DNA of 37,284 nt from a virus (taxonomy: Duplodnaviria > Caudoviricetes), in the IMG/VR virus record IMGVR_UViG_3300010382_000023, positions 1 through 37,284 of that record. One strand, 5' to 3'. The first letter of the stretch is position 1; each line of letters begins with the position of its first letter. The position numbers were made by a program, and so were the translations under genes. Shown piece after piece: positions 16,460 through 26,560 of this stretch. The notes beneath the pieces were generated by a model that was not told the origin of the DNA, did not search any database, and saw only the letters and a list, made by a program, of their open reading frames with translations.

Positions 16460-18175
16460 TTAAGGCCTCCCTGTCACCGAAAATTCGGTCTGCACACCGC
16501 CCTTGATTGTCCAGCGACCGCCCGCCTCGTTAGAGAACCTGAATGTCACCGTCCGTCCCTGGCCCCGAAGAGGTATCTCGGCCACCTCATGTTCATCCTC
16601 GGACAGTAATATTCGCGAGGTTATGGTGTGCCGCCCAGTCCGGCTCTCGACCAAAAGAGCAGCATCATTTTCGGATATTCCACGAAGGTACATCCTCACA
16701 AGGTTTTTTTCTTCGTATTTCCCGTTCAGATCGGAAAGAGGCGTTTTCCAATACGCTTCTATGGGATCGCCGTCGTAGGTGTCGCCTTCTTCCATGCGGT
16801 AGAAGTACCCGTTCGGGTTCATCATATAGAGCGTTCCGGCTCTGGAATAAAGGTCAGATACATCGAAGCCTCGGCGTATCATGTAAGTTTTGTTCACTAC
16901 ATCGTACACGACAAGCACATTATCCGCGTCTCCTCTGCTGTCGTCACCTTCTCGTGCGGTGAAGTAGAGCTTGTCCCGGTTTTCACAGCCCTTGCATCGT
17001 TTCAGACTAACACCTTCAAGGAATGTTTTAATCTGCCTCGCATTACCCATGGGCCGCGCGGTTTGCCCGTCGAAGAAGTACAGGCCTGCTTTGGTCATCC
17101 ATATGGGCGTATCGCCGTAAAGGATTATGGAATCGTTTGTTGTTTCTTCAATCTCTGCGTTGACCTGGACAATCCGGTAATTGCTCGGGCGGTCACCGAG
17201 GAGCCTATACAGTGAATCGCGCTTGAATATCAAGAGCTGGTTTGACAACGCGCACAGGCCGACAATCGGATCGCTGCTGCTCCCAACTTCGACGTATCCG
17301 CCGCCCGTGTTTTCGGAAGCGTCGTCCGCCGTCCAATCTTCGATACTCCGGTAATCTCCGGGAACCTGCGACCAGTAAAGCCGTACGGGATACCGCTTAT
17401 CGCCTGCCGCAAAGAGCCGCCCGTAGTGCATTTCAATGAAGCGCACGGGAGCATCGGAAAGGCCGCCCGTTACTTTCACGGTCTGCCCGGCAGTCGGCGC
17501 GTTGGAAGGCGCTTCCTTGAGCGTCACCGTCTTTGCGGTTTTGTTGACCGATTCCACGGCGTGATAAACGTCGTTGATATAAATCCCGGCCTGCATAAGG
17601 CGGTTTTCCGTGTTCTGGTTAATCGCCCCGTCGAGCGTTACGACCCGATCGGCGTATGCGGTTACGGTGCTTTGGTAGATATATTCACCGCTGCCAAAAC
17701 TGCCCGTGAGGCCTCCGTATACCATTTTGACAATCGGCCCGTCCCCGCTGGCAATAAGCAAGTAATCAATCTCTCCGATCGTCACCTCACGAAAATGCCA
17801 GTCCGCATAGGCGTTTTCATCCGTGAAATTCCACGAAGTACCACCAAGCCAATCTGACGAGTTGGTGTTGACATGGCAAGCTATTCCGTGGAATTTCGTC
17901 AGCACCGAAGCCCCATGCATCGCGTCGAATCCCATAACATAGACCGTTCCGCTTTTCGTTTTCCACGCGTATATTTTGATACTAGCCATCCCATGATCTC
18001 CCGGGTCGGAGAATTGAATCGGGATATGCTTCACAAACCCTTTTGCGACGGCAAGATCGCCGTTTTCTGTGTCCATGTTGCATGCGTCGGGGCTATATGC
18101 AGGGTTCAGGCCGTTTTCGCTCTTGCTCTGGTCGATGCCCCGAAATTCGGATATGGTGTACATTTTGGTAGACAT
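16460..18175 (-). CDS. Tail hub/nozzle (P22 gp10 or T7 gp12-like stabilisation protein)
   Basis: FRGID...SPDACNM N-terminus; GRLFAAG...LYWSQ, LLIFKRDSLY propeller-like motifs; position after the adaptor. Confidence 0.7.
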   Translation of the reverse strand: MSTKMYTISEFRGIDQSKSENGLNPAYSPDACNMDTENGDLAVAKGFVKHIPIQFSDPGDHGMASIKIYAWKTKSGTVYVMGFDAMHGASVLTKFHGIACHVNTNSSDWLGGTSWNFTDENAYADWHFREVTIGEIDYLLIASGDGPIVKMVYGGLTGSFGSGEYIYQSTVTAYADRVVTLDGAINQNTENRLMQAGIYINDVYHAVESVNKTAKTVTLKEAPSNAPTAGQTVKVTGGLSDAPVRFIEMHYGRLFAAGDKRYPVRLYWSQVPGDYRSIEDWTADDASENTGGGYVEVGSSSDPIVGLCALSNQLLIFKRDSLYRLLGDRPSNYRIVQVNAEIEETTNDSIILYGDTPIWMTKAGLYFFDGQTARPMGNARQIKTFLEGVSLKRCKGCENRDKLYFTAREGDDSRGDADNVLVVYDVVNKTYMIRRGFDVSDLYSRAGTLYMMNPNGYFYRMEEGDTYDGDPIEAYWKTPLSDLNGKYEEKNLVRMYLRGISENDAALLVESRTGRHTITSRILLSEDEHEVAEIPLRGQGRTVTFRFSNEAGGRWTIKGGVQTEFSVTGRP

Positions 18176-18179
18176 ATCA

Positions 18180-18719
18180 TCACCACTTATTCATAATGCT
18201 GTAAGCGTGCGGCTCCCCTACATGCGGGCGTATCCTGCGCTTTCCGGCTTCGTAGATTTCGTAGTAAATGTTCGCGCCTCGCTGATTGCTTGCGTCCGTT
18301 GCGGAGCGTTCGCGTGCCACAACATAGCTCACGATCAACGGATGCATATATTCGGGCAGCTCCGGCTTGTCGGTCGTGGAACGCAAAAGAATGGGCGCAA
18401 ACTGGTATGTGATACTCACATCGCCGTTCACGCCCACTGTCACTTCGCCGGATCCTGTGCCCGCGTTGAACGTTATTACTTTGCCATCCTGCGTAATTTT
18501 CAGGATTTTTACACAGTTTCGCGGCAGAGTAGAAAGGTTAATCGTCCCATCTGAAGCAACGACGGAATCCATACGCACAGGCTTATATACCGCTGCCAAA
18601 TCAAGAATCGCGTCGTTGGCATAACCGGCCAGCTTATCCGCATAGGTATCTATGCTTTGCGCGTCCTGCCCCCTGCCGAGCTGGGCAAGTGCAGATACGA
18701 TAATGTCGTTGCGCGTCAT
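18180..18719 (-). CDS. Head-tail adaptor (P22 gp4/T7 gp11-like)
   Basis: MTRNDII...YANDAILDL...DKPELPEYMHPLIVSYV; position after the capsid gene. Confidence 0.7.
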   Translation of the reverse strand: MTRNDIIVSALAQLGRGQDAQSIDTYADKLAGYANDAILDLAAVYKPVRMDSVVASDGTINLSTLPRNCVKILKITQDGKVITFNAGTGSGEVTVGVNGDVSITYQFAPILLRSTTDKPELPEYMHPLIVSYVVARERSATDASNQRGANIYYEIYEAGKRRIRPHVGEPHAYSIMNKW

Positions 18720-18726
18720 GGCTCCC

Positions 18727-19026
18727 TCACATTTCCGCGACTTTTTTGCCGCTACCCTTCCTGTACGGTTCAAGTTTCTTTTCGGATTCCCGAATGATCT
18801 TAGCGTTACTCTCGATGAGCACCGCCACATCCCGCGGCACACTCACGGATTCGTTTGTGCGAATCATAATGCCGTGGCCGTTTATCATGCCTTCCCAAAA
18901 TGGCGCATCGCTGATGATGGTGATATTCACTTTCGGCTGCGCGGCCAACGCTTTTTTCGTATCGTTGGTCACAGCATCGCACATTCTGTCATAATCGCGC
19001 TCGGTCTTCTGTTCCACGTTGTTCAT
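18727..19026 (-). CDS. Conserved hypothetical head-region protein
   Basis: INGHGIMIRTNESVSVPRDVAVLI motif; AAGGAGG RBS. Confidence 0.65.
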   Translation of the reverse strand: MNNVEQKTERDYDRMCDAVTNDTKKALAAQPKVNITIISDAPFWEGMINGHGIMIRTNESVSVPRDVAVLIESNAKIIRESEKKLEPYRKGSGKKVAEM

Positions 19027-19042
19027 CCTCCTTCATGAATAA

Positions 19043-19070
19043 AAGGAGGGGCAGTAATCCGCCCCTCCTT
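19043..19070. terminator. Terminator after the major capsid gene
   Basis: AAGGAGGGGC-N8-GCCCCTCCTT, with T-rich flanks on both strands. Confidence 0.8.
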
Positions 19071-19088
19071 CTTTTATGTTGTTTTCTG

Positions 19089-20303
19089 TTACGCCGTGGC
19101 GCCGTGCTCGATGCGTACAAGCCACGCCTGGTTGAGAATCGCAACCGCATACGCGGGCACTTTCGCGCCCACGGTCGCGCGCTGGTCAAGCGGATCTTCC
19201 GTGCCACCCGAACCGAACGGCTTGATAATGCTCTTGATGCCGCCCGTGCCGCCGATATCCACGATGCCGTAAGCATCCTTGCCGAACACAAGACTTGCGA
19301 ATACTTCGACGCCCGCCGCGCCGGCGTCCTTGGTGAATACCACATCCCCTGCTCCCGGATCGGATGCAGGAGCAGACGCGAGAACCACGGTGCTTTCATC
19401 CTCGTCCTCGCTGCGGGTCACACTGGTAATAGCGTAGTCCGCCCCGTCCACGGAAATCTTCGCGCCGGTAGATTTGAGATAAGCTTCACCGGCTGCGGAA
19501 AGGATGCCCGCCAACGTCACGGTCTTTGTCGCGGAAACATAAGACTTTACCGTGCCGATATAACCGGCTGCGAAGCTCTTTGCCTCGGTGCTCTCCACAA
19601 ACACGACGCCGAACATGCGCCCCAGCTCGCCGGCATAAATCTGCTCGGCGTTAGAGTATTTGGATACATCCTGCCACAGGGTATCGTCCTGAAGGTCGTA
19701 AGTTGCGTCGGGGCCGCAGATGCAGATGAAATGCGGGCGGCGGGACTTCCCGCCGTATTCGGTACCGTTGAACATGCGTGCCTTTGCCTTTTTGAGCGTC
19801 CTGACGGCTTTCCGGATTTCGGTCGTGGTCAGTTTGTCGGTTGCTTCGAGTGCAATACGCGCGGTGTTGCCGCCTGCGAACTGCACGTTCGTTCCCGCTG
19901 CCATGACGTCGCGCGTCGCCCACTCGAGCACAGTTCCGAGCTGTTCGCCCAGGAGCTCCACGCTGTCGTCCATGGCGTCGTCCACGGCGGTCATGTCGAG
20001 AAGATCGCTGATCTCCACGAACGCACCGTACTGCTTCACCTCGGCTTCGACGTGGGTCTGTCCGAGTTCCATTCCGGTCGGGGTCACACCTTCGGTCAGG
20101 CCGCCCGTAGCCAGGGCAGGATCAAACAGGTTCCATCTGCGGAATTCTACGCGCTTTCCGTTGTTCTTGGGAATCGGGCGCTTCTGGCCGAACTTCGCAT
20201 GCACGAACTTCGTGCGCGCGAAAGCCAGAAGGTCGCGGTCGATATAGGTTTTATTGAGATAAGTCGCTGTTTCAGCGGTGCTGGTTGTGGTGTTGATAGC
20301 CAC
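19089..20303 (-). CDS. Major capsid protein (N4-gp56 family-like) with an inserted beta-rich domain
   Basis: FGQKRPIPKNNGKRVEFRR, LTEGVTP, QYGAFVEISD, GELGRMFGVVFVES, DPLDQRATVGAK. Confidence 0.9.
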   Translation of the reverse strand: MAINTTTSTAETATYLNKTYIDRDLLAFARTKFVHAKFGQKRPIPKNNGKRVEFRRWNLFDPALATGGLTEGVTPTGMELGQTHVEAEVKQYGAFVEISDLLDMTAVDDAMDDSVELLGEQLGTVLEWATRDVMAAGTNVQFAGGNTARIALEATDKLTTTEIRKAVRTLKKAKARMFNGTEYGGKSRRPHFICICGPDATYDLQDDTLWQDVSKYSNAEQIYAGELGRMFGVVFVESTEAKSFAAGYIGTVKSYVSATKTVTLAGILSAAGEAYLKSTGAKISVDGADYAITSVTRSEDEDESTVVLASAPASDPGAGDVVFTKDAGAAGVEVFASLVFGKDAYGIVDIGGTGGIKSIIKPFGSGGTEDPLDQRATVGAKVPAYAVAILNQAWLVRIEHGATA

Positions 20304-20328
20304 TGTCTTTCACTCCTCTTTTGTTGAA

Positions 20329-21153
20329 TTACCCCCTGTAACGCGCCTCCTGGCGCTGCCGCCTTGCGGCAAGGACATCCTCGTCGCTCATTGCGTTAAG
20401 GTTTACATCAGGCATGACGGGCTGTTCCTTCGCCAACGGTTGGGGGATCTGCTGGCGGGCTTGCAATTTTTCGGATATGTCCTTCGCGGCCCTTGCTTGT
20501 GCGTTCTTTGCCGATTGCTCGGCGTGATACACCCTTACGGCTGCCGCCGCAGGCATGTCCCATAGGAGCCGCATAAATGCCGGGTCGTCTTTGGCCGTTT
20601 CGAGGCTGAACCCGACAGGAAGCTCCATTGTGGTGAGTTCTTCCGCGATCTGAGCCGCTTTCGCGTTCACGTCAGGTGCGGCGGGTTCTTGCGTGGGTTG
20701 TACGGCGGCTTGCACCGCTTGCCCATAAATCGCGCGCGCTACGTTCGGCGTGATGTTCTCCCGCGTCGCAATCGCCTGCATGAGATTGTCCTCAGCGATA
20801 CGGATCGCGTCGGCTTCGCTTACATTCGGCTGCGAGCGCATGATGTCACCCACGACCTTTTGGCCGAGGATGCGGAGCGGGTCGCTCGCAAGCTTTTGTT
20901 CGTATGCCTTGCGCTGCTCCGCAAAGGCGTGTCCAACTTTTCCCTGCCCGTCTCCCGGCTTCGGCGCGTCGACCGCCGGTTTTTCTTCGACCGTTTTTGC
21001 GGGCGGTTCGGCGGGTGTTTGGTCGGGTGTTTTCGGCGCGAGCCCCAAGAGCTCCGCTGCGCTGATTCGCTGCTCCCCGTCATCAGGAGCCGCCGCAGGC
21101 GATTCTATCGTCTCGCCCTGGGCAATGTTGACCGGTTCCATGATCTCTTCCAT
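20329..21153 (-). CDS. Capsid scaffolding protein (putative)
   Basis: Acidic/Pro-rich N-terminus and helical body; between portal and capsid; start 21153 chosen from RBS. Confidence 0.65.
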   Translation of the reverse strand: MEEIMEPVNIAQGETIESPAAAPDDGEQRISAAELLGLAPKTPDQTPAEPPAKTVEEKPAVDAPKPGDGQGKVGHAFAEQRKAYEQKLASDPLRILGQKVVGDIMRSQPNVSEADAIRIAEDNLMQAIATRENITPNVARAIYGQAVQAAVQPTQEPAAPDVNAKAAQIAEELTTMELPVGFSLETAKDDPAFMRLLWDMPAAAAVRVYHAEQSAKNAQARAAKDISEKLQARQQIPQPLAKEQPVMPDVNLNAMSDEDVLAARRQRQEARYRG

Positions 21154-21217
21154 GGTTTTCTCCATAAAAATGAGCGCCGAAGCGCTCATATCGACCTTCA
21201 TGGCAGTCGTCGCCAAT

Positions 21218-22906
21218 TTATCCTAACGCCATCTCCGGCGCTGGAATCTGTTCAAGCTGCTGCGCTATCCCGGCCTGCGCCGCCTGCTGCTGTTGATCCG
21301 GGGAAAGCTGTGTAGACATTTGCTGCTGCATTTTCTGCATCTTCGCAAGCACCGCTTCGCGGCCTTCGAACTGCATGAGTTCAAGGGCCTGCGCAGGCTG
21401 GATCACTCCGAGTTGTACCATTTGGATGATAAGCTCGTTGTGGGACATGATCGACCAGCGGTTTTCCTTCTGAACCTTAATGGAAACATAAAACTCCATG
21501 GGCACAACGTTTCCGAGCACCGTTTCGCGCTGCATCATCGAGCTTTCGAAGGTAGCCTTCTCCTGCCGCCCGTCCTCGGTAATCACCACTTCGCGCGGAA
21601 GCACGTTGTATTCGCGCTCGACCTCGATTTCCATGCGCGTGGCATCCTTAAACGCTTCATGCATCTGCCTGGCCGCCGTGCGGCTTCTCTTGCTTGACAT
21701 TTCCTGCAATGCAGCGATCGCCGAAGCCGCCGTAACGCCGGATGCCGTATTTCCCCGTGAAAACTCATTGGCGCCGCTCTCCTCCTTGATGCTCTGCCGG
21801 ATACTTTCGATGTACTGTATGATGTACGCCGGAAGCGGAGGGGTGGAAAACCACTTGATCCCGTTGAGGTTTTCGACCTCATGAACCTCTTTCGACCAAT
21901 CGCGAAAATCGCCAACGTCTGCCGCGCCGCTCTGTATAAGCAGTTTATTGCGTGATGCCATGAGCGCGTTTTTCATAACGATCTGATCGAGCTTATCCGA
22001 ATACCGCTGCTGCTCAATGAACATATCTACGAAGCCATAACCGAGGCAGGAGCCTTTGCGGACAAAAAGCGGGGTTATCACGAAAGGGTATTCGCCATGC
22101 GCGTAGTAGCCTTCAGGCTTTTGATCGCGGCTGTCCTCCAAGAGCCATCCCCCGCCCACCTTTGCCATGTGCACCTTGTATCGGTTAGTCTGCGCGTCGA
22201 ATTCTCGCCACCAGTATTCGATCATTAGCACGTTTTTGAGGTCGTCACGCATAATCGAACTATCTTTCGGTGCGTCGCTTGCATAGGTGTCCGGTTTGAA
22301 CTCGCCCGCGTGCTTGGGATAGTGTTCATCCATCCATTTGATAGGCTTCGCTGCGAATTTCATCACCGCGCGAGAATCCTTCATATTCACGACGAGCGGG
22401 TCGAACATGATGTTCCGCGCATCCACATGCCGGATGAACGCCCCCCCGATCCCCCGATTGAGCGTCGTATCGTACCCGACCTCCTGCACCATATACCCGC
22501 CGGTCAGAAGATCATGTGCCAGCATCCAGTATTCGCGAGCGTATGATGCCGCGTCATGGTTCTGCTTGATGAGCGCGTCCAACACCTTTGCAACGCCGGC
22601 ATCTTCCGGGTTCTCCGGTTGTATGATCGCCTCGGGGATGTTGTCCATGAGGTCGGCATGTACATTTTCGATGGTTGATTGTATGATAGGCGTCACGGGC
22701 TGCGGTTCGTTCGTTTCTTTTTTCGGCGTATCATACCAATGCTCACCCCTGTACATGTGTTCGCAGACTTTTAGCCTCTCCCACTCGGCGGAGTAAGCGG
22801 AGCGGTACTCTGAAAACATGGCGTATACGTGATCCACGAAAGCTTTGTTTTTGTTCATTTCCTGTTTCATAGCCCTTTTCTCCTTGATTTTCCCGAATAT
22901 TTTCAT
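21218..22906 (-). CDS. Portal protein (P22-like)
   Basis: YRGEHW, IIQSTIEN, YPFVITPL...GYGFV, SGANEFSRG...TAASAIAALQE, Q-rich tail; follows terL. Confidence 0.88.
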   Translation of the reverse strand: MKIFGKIKEKRAMKQEMNKNKAFVDHVYAMFSEYRSAYSAEWERLKVCEHMYRGEHWYDTPKKETNEPQPVTPIIQSTIENVHADLMDNIPEAIIQPENPEDAGVAKVLDALIKQNHDAASYAREYWMLAHDLLTGGYMVQEVGYDTTLNRGIGGAFIRHVDARNIMFDPLVVNMKDSRAVMKFAAKPIKWMDEHYPKHAGEFKPDTYASDAPKDSSIMRDDLKNVLMIEYWWREFDAQTNRYKVHMAKVGGGWLLEDSRDQKPEGYYAHGEYPFVITPLFVRKGSCLGYGFVDMFIEQQRYSDKLDQIVMKNALMASRNKLLIQSGAADVGDFRDWSKEVHEVENLNGIKWFSTPPLPAYIIQYIESIRQSIKEESGANEFSRGNTASGVTAASAIAALQEMSSKRSRTAARQMHEAFKDATRMEIEVEREYNVLPREVVITEDGRQEKATFESSMMQRETVLGNVVPMEFYVSIKVQKENRWSIMSHNELIIQMVQLGVIQPAQALELMQFEGREAVLAKMQKMQQQMSTQLSPDQQQQAAQAGIAQQLEQIPAPEMALG

Positions 22907-22915
22907 GCCGCCTCC

Positions 22916-24247
22916 TTACAAATTGATGAACCCGCTTCCTTGCTTCTCCGGCATGGAAAGCGGGTCGTAAGGTTTGGGTTTCTGTTGCTTCGGCACCCGC
23001 GTTTTAGCCGGTCTGCTCATGAGCGCATAACGTAGAGATTCCGGTGCATGATCCTCGAGGCCATCCGCCACGTCTTCCGCATTGTGATCGTCGTAGATCA
23101 TTTCCGGCAGCGCACGGATAAGGTTTTTACAGTTATCAGTAACTCTCCACCATGGCACGCCATCCGGCGCGTCATCCATATACTCCCGGCATCGCTGCCA
23201 GCCGATCACGCGCGAGTTATCCGCCTGGATCAACGGAACGCCATTGTGTGCAAAGGTATCCGCAATGCTCTCACCCTCGATGTCCTTATGCCCGCGCTTC
23301 TGCCACATATCGGGCGACGCGACAGTGTACGAGATCTTCTCTCCCTCCGATAACCGAACGATCTCCTTCGCTGCGTCCACGGCGTACATCTGCCGCACAT
23401 ACAGCTCGCGATAGGTGTAAACATGGCCGTCTTCATCGCAAGCGTGCCACAGCACCGCGCAGGGGTCGTTATAGCCCCAGTCTATCGAGCGAAAGCGCCG
23501 CCAATGCTTCGGTAGCTCAAACGGTGCAATAACATGCTTTTTGCGGTCAAATTCTTCGAAGTATTGGCCCTCGAGCGCGTCCCAGTCCCCTTCCAGGTGA
23601 GCACGGCGCATCTTCTCGGGAAGATTTTTCAAGACGGTCAGATATTCGGCATTGTTGCGCATAAGCACAGCGTTGTCGTAGACTTTAGCTTGAATAAAAA
23701 CATAATCCTCTGGGCGCTCATCATCCTTATATACGCGGTCGATAAACAGCCGCTTCACCCAGGCGTGACCTACGTTACCTGGGTTACAGGTATAGTACAT
23801 CCGCGGCTTGAAATCCGCTCTGGTAGAGCGGTTACATGTCGCTATGAATTGCACCTGCTTCTCTGTGAAATGTGTGGCTTCCTCGAGGCCGATCACGTCA
23901 TACTCCTGCCCCTGATACTGGTAAATATCATTCTCCGCGTCGCAATATCCCAGTTTAATCCGGGAGCCGTTCGGAAATAGAAAAACCTTGTCGCTCGTGT
24001 TGTACTTAGCGACACCCTTTAACAAGATCAGAAGCGGCACAACATGGTTTTCCTTCAGCTCTGGCAGGGTCCGACGCAGAAGCAACAGACGCAGGTCTGG
24101 ATAACGGGAAGCGAGCATAACAAACTTCGTACGCATGGCCCAGCTTTTCCCACCGCCACGCGCGCCACCATATGCTGTATGGCGAGCCCGGCTCAAAAAA
24201 AACTCGCGTTGCCGCGGGTTCGGGGTTTCACCTAAAGTCACAATCAT
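22916..24247 (-). CDS. terL: Terminase large subunit
   Basis: YGGARGGGKS Walker A, IGLEEATHF Walker B, TCNPG, SIDWGYNDP nuclease motif, DHAPESLRY. Confidence 0.95.
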   Translation of the reverse strand: MIVTLGETPNPRQREFFLSRARHTAYGGARGGGKSWAMRTKFVMLASRYPDLRLLLLRRTLPELKENHVVPLLILLKGVAKYNTSDKVFLFPNGSRIKLGYCDAENDIYQYQGQEYDVIGLEEATHFTEKQVQFIATCNRSTRADFKPRMYYTCNPGNVGHAWVKRLFIDRVYKDDERPEDYVFIQAKVYDNAVLMRNNAEYLTVLKNLPEKMRRAHLEGDWDALEGQYFEEFDRKKHVIAPFELPKHWRRFRSIDWGYNDPCAVLWHACDEDGHVYTYRELYVRQMYAVDAAKEIVRLSEGEKISYTVASPDMWQKRGHKDIEGESIADTFAHNGVPLIQADNSRVIGWQRCREYMDDAPDGVPWWRVTDNCKNLIRALPEMIYDDHNAEDVADGLEDHAPESLRYALMSRPAKTRVPKQQKPKPYDPLSMPEKQGSGFINL

Positions 24248-24250
24248 GGG

Positions 24251-25120
24251 TTACTCCGAAATCTCGTCTTCCCGCGGATCGTCGAACCGATACACAACCT
24301 CGTTATCCGGTTTTTCCGGCTCAGTCCGTTTCCTCTCTATCTCAAGCCGCGCGTTGTCATACGCCTTCTTGTGCTTGTCCATCGGGTTTGCTTCAAACCA
24401 GCGCTCGAGGAATGCCCGGGACTTTTCGCGGCCTTCTATTTCGATGCTAGCCCCATCCTTACCTACTTTAACCTTTGAGATCAGCCGTCCATCGATCTCC
24501 GTACTCTCGCGGAAACGCATGTCGTTGACCTCTTTCATTAGCGGTACCTTTTCGCCGGTCTCTGGATCATCAATCTCTACCGGGCCGAATGATCCCATCA
24601 CGGGTACTTCTTTACGCCCGAACTCCACGAAATCCGTGATATCGCCGAAAGCGATAAGAATGTGCAACTCAACCAGATCGTTAACATCGGCCATAAGCGC
24701 GAGGTTGCGCTCTGTTTTCAAGCGCTGGATCTCGTCTTGGGCTTTCGGATTCTTGAGTAGAGCCGGACCCTTTGTCAGCGCCGTTTCATAACTGCATCCA
24801 TATGCCCTCTGATACGACCGAGTCGCATTGAAGGACTTCACATATAGCAAGCAAAAAAGCTTCTGTTTATCGTTGAGTCCTTCGTTCTCCTCGACCATAG
24901 CAGAGAGCTTCAAATCAAGTTCCTTTGATTCGGAACGTTCCTTTTCCTCGTATCGGAACGTTCTGTTTCCCGTGTTTTCCCATTTATCCTCACACTTCCA
25001 CTTTCGGATACGAACCTCCGGGAGCCCCATCTCCGCGGCAATCGACGTCAAAGAGCGCGCTTTGTTCGCTTCCCATAAAGCCCGTGCTCTTTCCCGATCC
25101 GGGTTCCGCTGTCTGGGCAA
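24251..25120 (-). CDS. terS: Terminase small subunit with N-terminal HTH
   Basis: IRKWKCEDKW HTH; LNDKQKLFCLLYVKSFNATRSYQRAYG. Confidence 0.9.
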   Translation of the reverse strand: MPRQRNPDRERARALWEANKARSLTSIAAEMGLPEVRIRKWKCEDKWENTGNRTFRYEEKERSESKELDLKLSAMVEENEGLNDKQKLFCLLYVKSFNATRSYQRAYGCSYETALTKGPALLKNPKAQDEIQRLKTERNLALMADVNDLVELHILIAFGDITDFVEFGRKEVPVMGSFGPVEIDDPETGEKVPLMKEVNDMRFRESTEIDGRLISKVKVGKDGASIEIEGREKSRAFLERWFEANPMDKHKKAYDNARLEIERKRTEPEKPDNEVVYRFDDPREDEISE

Positions 25121-25270
25121 TCCTCACCACCTCAATACCTGCATAATGCAATGCGCCACGCGCCTCCGCCTGCGCATATCTGTGCGGCGCTTTCCTCCGC
25201 TCCATCCGTCCACATGAAACAAACGTCCTATGAAAGGCGCTATTTCTCATAACTTTTATGCAATTACTCG

Positions 25271-25299
25271 TCGACAACATCACGCTATCGTGGTATGCT
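25271..25299 (+). promoter_or_regulatory. Promoter of the HTH moron
   Basis: TCGACA-N17-TATGCT with TGn extension. Confidence 0.55.
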
Positions 25300-25323
25300 T
25301 AACCATAGAAAGGCGGTAACAAA

Positions 25324-25536
25324 ATGACAAGTAACCCGTTCGACGATCTCTATTCTCTCGCGGATGCCGCGCAAACGTGGGGAAAAGAGGACAGTACTCT
25401 TCGTCACGCCATCCGGCGCGGAAAATTCGCCGAGGACACTGATGCCAAACTATTCGGTAAGCAATGGGTTATCACCGGCGCGGCCATGCGCCGAGAATAC
25501 GGTGAACCAAATCAAACAACGAAGGCTCCCCAATGA
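25324..25536 (+). CDS. Small helix-turn-helix protein (moron, opposite to lytic genes)
   Basis: YSLADAAQTWGKEDSTLRHAI...KLFGKQWVIT; AAAGGCGG RBS; hairpin AGGCTCCC/GGGAGCCT at 25523-25545. Confidence 0.75.
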   Translation: MTSNPFDDLYSLADAAQTWGKEDSTLRHAIRRGKFAEDTDAKLFGKQWVITGAAMRREYGEPNQTTKAPQ

Positions 25537-25565
25537 AGGGAGCCTATACACTTGGGCATGATACG

Positions 25566-25598
25566 ATTATACAACACAAAAAACGCACAAAACGCACA
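25566..25598 (-). promoter_or_regulatory. Late promoter with tandem activator-binding repeats
   Basis: Minus strand TGTGCGTTT x2 in place of a -35, then TATAAT (25571-25566), directly after the RinA-like gene. Confidence 0.7.
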
Positions 25599-25607
25599 TT
25601 TTGGAAA

Positions 25608-26024
25608 TCAGGAGAAAAATCTTTCCACCTTCATTCGGGCTGCACTTTCTGACAGCGCGGAACCGTACACTTCTGACCCGACTCGACGCCAGGATGCGCC
25701 CTGCACATAACGCAGCGTGACGATCTGGCGCAGCTTGCTGTCCTCGAGCGCGGCGATCCACTGCTCGACTTCCAACTGATCTTTTTCGAGCTTGACGCGG
25801 CGGCGCCGATAAATGCGTAACAGCCGCTCCTTGTTCTTGGCCGCCCGTGCTTTCGTGCCAGTAACCACTACGGTATGCTGAGTATACGGGAACTCCTCTA
25901 GCGACGCCTGAACAACGTCGGTCGCTGTTGCGATGCGTTTCTTCGATAGCTCGTCGATTTGCCGCTTCAGCTGCTCTAGCTCCTTCCGCAGGTCCCTATA
26001 TTGTTCAAGCTGATGAAGCGTCAT
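25608..26024 (-). CDS. RinA/ArpU-like late transcriptional activator
   Basis: LEQYRDLRKEL...IAALEDSKLRQIVTLRYVQGASWRRV sigma-region-4-like HTH; precedes terS. Confidence 0.8.
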   Translation of the reverse strand: MTLHQLEQYRDLRKELEQLKRQIDELSKKRIATATDVVQASLEEFPYTQHTVVVTGTKARAAKNKERLLRIYRRRRVKLEKDQLEVEQWIAALEDSKLRQIVTLRYVQGASWRRVGSEVYGSALSESAARMKVERFFS

Positions 26025-26061
26025 ACAGTTATTCCCGCCCTTTCGACCTATATAAGGCCCA

Positions 26062-26223
26062 TTACCTATAAATCTCGTCCAAGCGCTCGCTTGCTACCTT
26101 CTTTGAATATCTGATATACTGCTTCAAGAGCAGCTGATGAGGCACCGGGACTGTTGCTACTTTGTGGCGACACCCCACCGTCCAAGGCTGCTCTTTTAAT
26201 TCGGCTTCGATGGTCTTATGCAT
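26062..26223 (-). CDS. Small hypothetical protein
   Basis: ATG overlaps the end of the RusA-like gene, preceded by GGAGG. Confidence 0.45.
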   Translation of the reverse strand: MHKTIEAELKEQPWTVGCRHKVATVPVPHQLLLKQYIRYSKKVASERLDEIYR

Positions 26224-26560
26224 CCTCAACCTCCACCACCACATGAGGATGTATCCTGTCGGTTTTCCCCTGACGGAGCCGCAACTCTACGCAGTCAAAG
26301 CAATCGTCCTTGATGACCTTTGCTTTAACTAGACCGTCCATCAAAAGCTTGATATAGTTGTCAGGATCACGCCGGCGCACGTCTCCGAAGTGGTATTCCA
26401 GCGTCACAACGGCCTTTTCATACGGCGCCTCCAGGCGCGGGCGGCAATAAGCGTCGACGAGCTGTATCCACTCGGCTTTCACGCGTCGGTATTCCCATGT
26501 GTTCTCGCGCCCTGCGAATTGGTTCAAACTCGGAGGTATTGCGGGGATGGTGTATTTCAT
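26216..26560 (-). CDS. rusA: RusA-like Holliday junction resolvase
   Basis: PPSLN and RRRDPDNYIKLLMDGL...IKDD. Confidence 0.85.
   Translation of the reverse strand: MKYTIPAIPPSLNQFAGRENTWEYRRVKAEWIQLVDAYCRPRLEAPYEKAVVTLEYHFGDVRRRDPDNYIKLLMDGLVKAKVIKDDCFDCVELRLRQGKTDRIHPHVVVEVEDA

Noticed and set aside
19035-20327. Long plus-strand ORF opposite the capsid gene, and similar ones at 1014-2075 and 6939-7919
   Set aside because: Antisense shadows of well-supported genes with no recognisable motifs
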